A stretch of 64,000 nt of DNA from an uncultured Bacilli bacterium (lineage in GTDB: Bacteria; Bacillota_I; Bacilli_A; RF39; UBA660): assembly GCA_947629035.1 (NCBI GenBank), contig CANRCE010000002.1, forward strand, positions 251 through 64,250, read 5' to 3'. The notes below the pieces were generated by a model. It was not told the DNA's origin. It worked only from the letters and a program-made list of their open reading frames with translations, and made no database searches. Numbering within the stretch: the stretch's first letter is position 1; every line of letters starts with the position of its first letter. A program made the translations under genes and the position numbers. Shown here in pieces: positions 57,668 through 64,000 of the stretch.

Positions 57668-58297
57668 ATGAGCAAGAAATTTAATAATATTTTGAAGATT
57701 ATACTACCTAGTAAACGTATTAACTTTTTCGTAATTTTTACAATTATTTTAGGAATAATATCTGGAAGTATTTTCATTGTAATTTTATCTAAAGAAGATC
57801 AAACATTAGTTATAAACCAAATACAAGGATTCTTTACAAGTATTAATAATAATTCTCTAAATAGTGGACTAGCCTTCAAAAATTCTTTAATTGTAAATTT
57901 TACTTTTATTGCTATACTTTGGATTTTAGGAATGTCAATGTTAGGAATAATAATTAATATCTTTTTTACTTATATTAAAGGATTTGTATTAGGTTTTTCA
58001 ATATCGGCGATTATTTATACTTATGGAGCAAAAGGAATTATTGGAAGTTTAATATATGTTTTTCCAACTTCGTTAATTAATTTACTAATTACAATTATCT
58101 TAAGTGTATATAGTATAATGTTTACAACAATGTTATTTCGTCAAATATTTTTAAAAAAGAATTTAAATAGTAGATTATTTTTTAAAAAGTATTTTATTAT
58201 TTTATGTATTACAAGTGGACTTGCTATTATTTCGGCCATATCTGAAGCTTTTATATTACCATCATTACTTAAATTAGTAGTTAAACTATTTGTATAA
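57668..58297 (+). CDS. spoIIM: stage II sporulation protein M
   Basis: 209 aa, 5 TM. ILWILGMSMLGIIINIFFTYIKGFVLGFSISAIIYTYGAKGI and EAFILPSLLK parallel B. subtilis SpoIIM ([49 protein letters not shown]). Confidence 0.7.
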   Translation: MSKKFNNILKIILPSKRINFFVIFTIILGIISGSIFIVILSKEDQTLVINQIQGFFTSINNNSLNSGLAFKNSLIVNFTFIAILWILGMSMLGIIINIFFTYIKGFVLGFSISAIIYTYGAKGIIGSLIYVFPTSLINLLITIILSVYSIMFTTMLFRQIFLKKNLNSRLFFKKYFIILCITSGLAIISAISEAFILPSLLKLVVKLFV

Positions 58298-58336
58298 TAG
58301 TTTTTTTTATGCTATAATACTTGATGGTGATGTATT

Positions 58337-59416
58337 ATGAAAACTGTTGTTATAGGAATGTCTGGTGGTGTCGATAGTTCTGTAGCAGCCTTTCTATTAA
58401 AAAAAGAAGGATATAATGTTATTGGTCTTTTTATGCGTAATTGGGATAGCACTATTAATAATGATTTTTTAGGAAATCCAAATTTAAATAATAATATTTG
58501 TCCTCAAGAACAGGATTATAATGATGCTAAAGCTGTTTGTGAAAAATTAGATATTCCTTTACATCGAGTTGATTTTGTTAAGGAATATTGGGATTTTGTT
58601 TTTTCTTATTTTTTAGATGAATTAAAAAAGGGAAGAACTCCTAATCCTGATGTTATGTGTAATAAATATATTAAATTTGATTTATTTATCGAAAAGGCAT
58701 TGGATTTAAAAGCAGATTATATTGCGACAGGACATTATGCTAAATTAATAGATGGTAATCTTTATAAAGCAAGTGATGTTAATAAAGATCAATCTTACTT
58801 TCTAGCATACGTAAACAAAGAAAAATTTAAAAATGTTTTATTTCCTTTAGGTAATCTTACGAAACCTGAAGTACGAAAAATTGCTATAAAAGAAGGATTA
58901 ATAACTGCTAAAAAAAAGGACTCTACTGGTATATGCTTTATTGGAGAAAGAAATTTTACAGACTTTTTACAAAATTATTTACCAAATATGCCTGGTGATA
59001 TTGTAGATATTGATACGAAAAAAGTGTTAGGTAAGCATATTGGACTTATGTATTATACAATTGGACAAAGAAGGGGACTAAATTTAGGAGGAGAGAATAA
59101 TCGTCATTATGTTGTTAGTAAAGATTTAGATAATAATATTTTATATGTAGCAAGTGGTGATGAAAATAACTATCTATATTCTAGTTCAGCGATTATTGAA
59201 GACTTTAATTTTTTAACTGATAAAAGAGTGGGGGAGGCAAATTGTAAATTTAGATATCGACAAGCCGATATTCCTTGTCAAATTGAATATTTAAAAGATA
59301 ATATGCTAAAATTAACATATAAAAAAGCTAAAGCTGTTACGCCTGGACAATTTTGTGTCATTTATTTAGATGACTTATGTTTAGGTGGTGGAATAATTAA
59401 AGAAGTATATAAATAA
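58337..59416 (+). CDS. mnmA: tRNA-specific 2-thiouridylase
   Basis: 359 aa. PP-loop VVIGMSGGVDSSVAA. Catalytic Cys (NPDVMCNKYIKF; TGICFIGE). Confidence 0.9.
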   Translation: MKTVVIGMSGGVDSSVAAFLLKKEGYNVIGLFMRNWDSTINNDFLGNPNLNNNICPQEQDYNDAKAVCEKLDIPLHRVDFVKEYWDFVFSYFLDELKKGRTPNPDVMCNKYIKFDLFIEKALDLKADYIATGHYAKLIDGNLYKASDVNKDQSYFLAYVNKEKFKNVLFPLGNLTKPEVRKIAIKEGLITAKKKDSTGICFIGERNFTDFLQNYLPNMPGDIVDIDTKKVLGKHIGLMYYTIGQRRGLNLGGENNRHYVVSKDLDNNILYVASGDENNYLYSSSAIIEDFNFLTDKRVGEANCKFRYRQADIPCQIEYLKDNMLKLTYKKAKAVTPGQFCVIYLDDLCLGGGIIKEVYK

Positions 59417-59477
59417 CCTTTAAATTCTTGACAATTTTTAAATATTTGTTAAAATATATATAGGAGGCTAAAAACAC

Positions 59478-60254
59478 ATGGATGTAGTTGAAAAAATAAA
59501 TTTAATATTGAAGAGAGCAAATATATCAAAAGTTAATTTGGCTAAATATTTAGGAGTTTCAAGACAAATGGTATACAACTATTTAGATGGAAATGATTTG
59601 TCAAAACTTCCTAATGAAAAATGTCAATTATTATTTAAATTATTAGATGTCAAAGGGGCTGAAGAAATTTTAAAATTAGATCTTACTGATGAATATATAC
59701 AGTCGGTAGGTAATAAAATTTTTAATGCTAAAAAGCCAGCTAAAAAAGATGAAATAATTGATTTATCAGGTTTAAGAAAAGAAGAACAAGAATTAATTAG
59801 TGATATGATATTTTTAATTAAAGAAATGTTCAATGAAGATAAGACAAAAATGTGTCTATATACAATTAATTATTTTTATCATTTTTTACAAGCAATGAAT
59901 AATACAAAAGAATTAAAATATGTTTTGGTATATTTTTCAAAAGCAGCTGGTTTAACTAATCCAAATGAATTTGTTTTTGATGAAGATCATCAATACGTAT
60001 TTGAAAGTATTATGTATTCTGCAATGACATTATATAATAATGGGGGAGCTTCTCGTACTAAATTAGCAGAATCACATAAAAGATGGGAAGCAGAATTAGC
60101 CCGTAAAAACGAAGAAAAAATGAGTCGAACTCAAGAATTAAATACTGCAAAAGTTCAAGCTTTAAAAGAATTAGGATATACTGAAATAAATGAAGCAAAT
60201 GCTAGTGAAGTATTTGATAAAATTGCAGAAATTCAGTCTAGAAATGCTATATAA
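59478..60254 (+). CDS. XRE-type helix-turn-helix protein with C-terminal coiled-coil region
   Basis: 258 aa. N-terminal HTH LILKRANISKVNLAKYLGVSRQMVYNYLDG. C-terminal RWEAELARKNEEKMSRTQELNTAKVQALKEL. Confidence 0.45.
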   Translation: MDVVEKINLILKRANISKVNLAKYLGVSRQMVYNYLDGNDLSKLPNEKCQLLFKLLDVKGAEEILKLDLTDEYIQSVGNKIFNAKKPAKKDEIIDLSGLRKEEQELISDMIFLIKEMFNEDKTKMCLYTINYFYHFLQAMNNTKELKYVLVYFSKAAGLTNPNEFVFDEDHQYVFESIMYSAMTLYNNGGASRTKLAESHKRWEAELARKNEEKMSRTQELNTAKVQALKELGYTEINEANASEVFDKIAEIQSRNAI

Positions 60255-60797
60255 ATTAAAAAATATATTTCCCCTACTTTAGATTTTTATAATAAATAGG
60301 GGAGTTTTTGATTTTTAGGTTATAAGGTTATATTTAATAAAAAAAATATCTTTTAGTAAGATAATTATTCATCTTTAATTTATAATTTAATATGAAATAT
60401 CTCATAAAGTTAGAGATAAATACAAATTTGAGATTAATAAATTTATTTAAAAATTATAATTGAATTACTTATAGATTTATTAATAAAAGTATAAAAAGTA
60501 ATATAAATAAATAATATATTATTTTAGATAAAACTTATATTTTTAAATATTATTCTTAAGTTCCGATAATATATGTTATGTTAACTTCTATATAGAGAAG
60601 AAGAGAGAATCATCCTACTTTTCTTTTTTATTTATAATAAAATAACCTAGATAATTATTGTAGATACACTATTTTTTTAGTGTAATTAAATTAATTTATT
60701 TTATTCTTTATAACTATTATATCATTGTTATATCATTTAATTTTTTGATATGAATACAGTTTGTTTTTTTAAGCCATACTATTAATGGAGGCAAATT

Positions 60798-60965
60798 ATG
60801 AAAAAAAATCAAACAATTAAATGTGATGTAACATCTTGTGCTTACAATGATTGTAAAGAAAAAGTTTGCAATTTATCACATATTAAGGTAAGTTCAACAA
60901 CTGATAATGATGAATGTAAAACTAAAAAAGAAACAATATGTGATAGTTTTGAAGAAAACAGCTAA
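60798..60965 (+). CDS. small Cys-rich protein, DUF1540-like (not in ORF track)
   Basis: 55 aa MKKNQTIKCDVTSCAYNDCKEKVCNLSHIKVSSTTDNDECKTKKETICDSFEENS. The C.V..C.YN..C....C....I.V pattern resembles the DUF1540 family of Bacillus/Clostridium. RBS taatGGAGGcaaattATG. Flanked by terminators. Confidence 0.5.
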   Translation: MKKNQTIKCDVTSCAYNDCKEKVCNLSHIKVSSTTDNDECKTKKETICDSFEENS

Positions 60966-60974
60966 AATATTAAA

Positions 60975-61002
60975 AGTAGGGGTTTATCACCCTACTCTTT
61001 TT
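60975..61002. terminator. bidirectional terminator between the DUF1540-like gene (+) and rseP (-)
   Basis: agtaggg-gtttatca-ccctact followed by cttttt. The same stem sequence (cccta/taggg) recurs in the hairpin at about 60269-60306 after the HTH gene. Confidence 0.55.
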
Positions 61003-61018
61003 AATTAGCTCTTATATT

Positions 61019-62059
61019 TTAAAATAAACGTAAAATATCATTAAATGTAACATATATCATAAGTGCAAGTAATAGGAAAAATCCTATATTGTGAATAGTG
61101 TTTTCTATTTTAGGATCAACAGGACTTCCTTTTATTTTTTCAATAATTAAGAATAATATACGTCCACCATCAAATGCTGGAAATGGTACTAAATTGATAA
61201 CTCCAACATTGATTGATAAAAAGGCAACTAAATACATAAGACTTTGTATTCCAGCTTTTGCTTGATCTCCAACAACGCTAAAAATACCAACGGGACCAGA
61301 AAGTTCCTTTACAGCTACTCCACCAGTAAATAAACTCTTTAATGTAGTTAACATAAGCTTAAATAAAGCACCAGTTGTAGTAATTGCATACTGTAATGAC
61401 TTAATAAATCCTTTTTCTTTTTTATTAGAGATTGTTATACCAACAGCATAGCTTATATTACCATCTTCATCTTTTTGTTCTTTTGGAGTAAGTTTTACTG
61501 TTTGTATATTTCCATTTTTCTTTTCTAATTTAATTTCTAATTCTTTTCCTTTTGAAGATTGAATTAATAATTGTACTTCATTCCAACTTGCTGTTTTATC
61601 ACCATTAATAGAGATAATTCTATCACCATCTTCAATACCTGCTTCATATGATGGATAATCACTTGATACTGATCCCACAATTGGAGTAATTGAAGAAGAA
61701 CCAAAGATTAGTGCACTTATAAATAGCATTACAAAAGCAAAGATAAAATTAAATCCAGCTCCTGCAGACATTATTAAAAATTTCTGAATAAAGTTTTTAG
61801 AATATAATTTTTTATCTTTGGGTATTTTTTCATCATCCTCTACCTCTTCTCCAGATAATCTAACATATCCTCCAAGAGGTATGCATCTAATACTATATTC
61901 AGTTTCACCATTTTTCTTTTTAAAACAGAAAATACGTGGTCCCATTCCTATAGAAAATTCATATACATATACTCCAAACATTTTTGCAAAAATAAAATGT
62001 CCAAATTCATGTACTAAAATTATTGCTCCTAAAACTAAAATAAACCATATAATTGTCAT
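61019..62059 (-). CDS. rseP: RIP metalloprotease RseP (site-2 protease, M50)
   Basis: 346 aa. HEFGHF at the N-terminus, PDZ (GIEDGDRIISINGDKTASWNEV), LDGG-type motif FPAFDGGRILF. Confidence 0.8.
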   Translation of the reverse strand: MTIIWFILVLGAIILVHEFGHFIFAKMFGVYVYEFSIGMGPRIFCFKKKNGETEYSIRCIPLGGYVRLSGEEVEDDEKIPKDKKLYSKNFIQKFLIMSAGAGFNFIFAFVMLFISALIFGSSSITPIVGSVSSDYPSYEAGIEDGDRIISINGDKTASWNEVQLLIQSSKGKELEIKLEKKNGNIQTVKLTPKEQKDEDGNISYAVGITISNKKEKGFIKSLQYAITTTGALFKLMLTTLKSLFTGGVAVKELSGPVGIFSVVGDQAKAGIQSLMYLVAFLSINVGVINLVPFPAFDGGRILFLIIEKIKGSPVDPKIENTIHNIGFFLLLALMIYVTFNDILRLF

Positions 62060-62073
62060 ATTTATCCTCCTTC

Positions 62074-62850
62074 TTATAAAATATTTAATATTAAGCTTAA
62101 ACCTAATATAACAAAAATAACACTATCAAATCTATCCAAAATACCACCATGACCTGGTATTAGATTGGAATAATCTTTTATTTTAAAATATCTTTTTATA
62201 CTACTAAAAAATAAGTCCCCTACTTCACTTAATATTGTTAAAAATAAAGATATTATAATAATATAAATAATACTTAAATTTCCAATAAAAATATAATAAT
62301 ATAATGAAGATATAACACATCCTATAATTGTACCTACGATACTACCCTCAATTGTTTTATTTGGAGATATATTAGTTAATTTGTGTTTACCAATTAGCAT
62401 ACCACTAATATAAGCATATGTATCTGTCATAAAAGCTACGATAAAAATATAAATACATTTATAAATATTATCATTATATATTTCTATAAATAAATTAAAA
62501 GTAATTCCTAAAAACATAATAATTGCTAATAAATAAAAATAATCAGAAACATTGTATTTTTTATTATTATAAGTAACTAATAATATACTAAGTAGTAAAA
62601 TAGGAATTATATACGTAATAACATGATTAACTGTAAATAAAAAATGATTTGTAACAATTAAGCTAATAGAAATAATACAAATAAAATAAATAATATTATC
62701 TAACTTCTCATCTTTATATTTTGCTTTAATTAGTTCTGTCAATGCAAATATTGATGCTAACAATGTTATTAAACTAAATATTGTCTTATTAGTCAAAGAA
62801 ATTATTAAAATCAATAAAATTATAAAAGCACCAATTAATCTTTTTTTCAA
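62074..62850 (-). CDS. cdsA: phosphatidate cytidylyltransferase
   Basis: 258 aa. SPNKTIEGSIVGTI and GHGGILDRFDS signature. Conserved cdsA-rseP order. Confidence 0.85.
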   Translation of the reverse strand: MKKRLIGAFIILLILIISLTNKTIFSLITLLASIFALTELIKAKYKDEKLDNIIYFICIISISLIVTNHFLFTVNHVITYIIPILLLSILLVTYNNKKYNVSDYFYLLAIIMFLGITFNLFIEIYNDNIYKCIYIFIVAFMTDTYAYISGMLIGKHKLTNISPNKTIEGSIVGTIIGCVISSLYYYIFIGNLSIIYIIIISLFLTILSEVGDLFFSSIKRYFKIKDYSNLIPGHGGILDRFDSVIFVILGLSLILNIL

Positions 62851-62966
62851 TTAATATCACCATCTATCTGTATAATTTAATTATAATATAATTATATAAA
62901 ATAAACAAGTATTTATTTATGTATTTTTATTAATGTAAAAAGAAGAGTTATCATATTTCTCTTCTT

Positions 62967-64000
62967 TTAATTTAATTCAATCTTTTCTTTACCACCCATA
63001 TAAGGTTGTAGAGCTTTTGGAATTTTAATTGAACCATTTTCCTCGTAATTATTTTCAATTACTGCTATTAAACCTCTAGGTGATGCAACTACCGTATTAT
63101 TTAAAGTTGCTAAATATTTATTACCATTTTCTGTTTTCATTCTAATTGCTAATCTTCTTGCTTGAGCATCCCCTAAAGTTGAACAAGAACCAACTTCAAA
63201 ATATTTCTTTTGTCTTGGACTCCAAGCTTCAACATCACAAGATTTAACTTTAAGATCAGCAAGATCACCACTACAGCATTCAAGAGTTCTAACAGGTACA
63301 TCTAAACTTCTAAAAAACTCTACGGTATAACTCCACATTTTATTATACCAATCCATAGCGTCTTCTGGCTTACATAAAACAATCATTTCTTGTTTTTCAA
63401 ATTGATGAACTCTATATAATCCTCTTTCTTCTAAACCATGAGCTCCGACTTCTTTTCTAAAACATGGAGAGTATGATGTCATTTTTATTGGTAATTTCTC
63501 TTCATCAATTAACTGATCTTTAAATTTACCAATCATAGAGTGTTCAGATGTTCCAATTAAATATAAGTCTTCTCCTTCTATTTTGTACATCATATTTTCC
63601 ATTTCTTTAAATGACATAACACCCGTTACTACATCACTTCTTATCATAAATGGTGGAACGCAATAAGTAAAACCTTTATCTATCATAAAATCTCTTGCAT
63701 AACTTAACATAGCTGAATGAAGTCTTGCAATATCCCCCATTAAGTAATAAAAACCATTGCCACTTGTTCTTCCAGCTGATTCTTTATCTAATCCATTTAA
63801 AGCTTCACATATATCAGAATGATAAGGTATTTCATAATTAGGAACTACTGGTTCTCCAAATCGTTTTACTTCAACGTTTTCACTATCGTCTTTACCAATA
63901 GGTACTGACTCATCAATTATTTGAGGAATAACCATCATTTTTTCTCGTAATAGTATTGATAAATTATTCTCTTCTTGTTCAATTTCAACTAGTTGCTTAT
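62967..64000 (-). CDS. serS: serine--tRNA ligase (3' two-thirds; N-terminal coiled-coil lies beyond the window end)
   Basis: VIPQIIDESVPIGKDDSENVEVKRFGE parallels SerRS (RIPNIPHESVPVGKDE.DNVEVRRWGE). Class II motifs YKIEGEDLYLIGTSEHS and SPCFRKEVGAHGLEERGLYRVHQFEK. The frame stays open upstream of the Met at 63938. Confidence 0.85.
   Translation of the reverse strand, partial: KQLVEIEQEENNLSILLREKMMVIPQIIDESVPIGKDDSENVEVKRFGEPVVPNYEIPYHSDICEALNGLDKESAGRTSGNGFYYLMGDIARLHSAMLSYARDFMIDKGFTYCVPPFMIRSDVVTGVMSFKEMENMMYKIEGEDLYLIGTSEHSMIGKFKDQLIDEEKLPIKMTSYSPCFRKEVGAHGLEERGLYRVHQFEKQEMIVLCKPEDAMDWYNKMWSYTVEFFRSLDVPVRTLECCSGDLADLKVKSCDVEAWSPRQKKYFEVGSCSTLGDAQARRLAIRMKTENGNKYLATLNNTVVASPRGLIAVIENNYEENGSIKIPKALQPYMGGKEKIELN

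Noticed and set aside
61818-62111. 97-aa + strand ORF spanning the rseP/cdsA junction
   Set aside because: Antisense to two conserved minus-strand genes. No RBS.

Overview
AT-rich (about 28% GC by eye) low-GC Firmicute chromosome segment. It combines genome-reduction traits (N-domain-less ClpB, single-chain GlyRS, compact AddAB) with cell-wall and sporulation genes (murD, mreCD, sortase, spoIVB, spoIIM). Most of the window is housekeeping. Aminoacyl-tRNA synthetases: glyQS and aspS (both behind T-box leaders), leuS, a gltX-type GluRS flanked by two single tRNA genes, and partial serS. DNA repair/recombination: addB-addA, ruvB, xseA-xseB, rarA, radC, xerD. tRNA/rRNA modification: tgt, trmD, rimM, mnmA, tcdA, a TrmH-family methyltransferase. 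Envelope: mreC-mreD, murD, cdsA, rseP, mscL, zupT. The accessory content is concentrated in two places. (i) nt 4800-12600: a Cna-B-type sortase substrate with its own sortase, a G8 homopolymer tract, and then a 1461-aa secreted multidomain protein and a 338-aa paralog whose codon usage (NNA-ending codons) differs sharply from the NNT-biased host genes. (ii) nt 25150-27700: two further paralogs. The four paralogs share a roughly 290-aa Cys/aromatic-rich C-terminal domain I cannot assign to a known family. Two carry TasA/camelysin-style (SipW-cognate) signal peptides. They share 31-41-nt blocks of near-identical DNA. Other second-look items: a tRNA-Glu-like gene with an apparent 8-nt anticodon loop next to a divergent gltX; a HipA_C-like kinase-fold ORF inserted between nusB and xseA; a ClpX-like AAA+ ATPase with a novel N-terminal domain; a GH31-like protein lacking the acid/base motif; and several tiny sporulation-type ORFs missed by the ORF track. 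No CRISPR array, transposase or prophage genes were seen.
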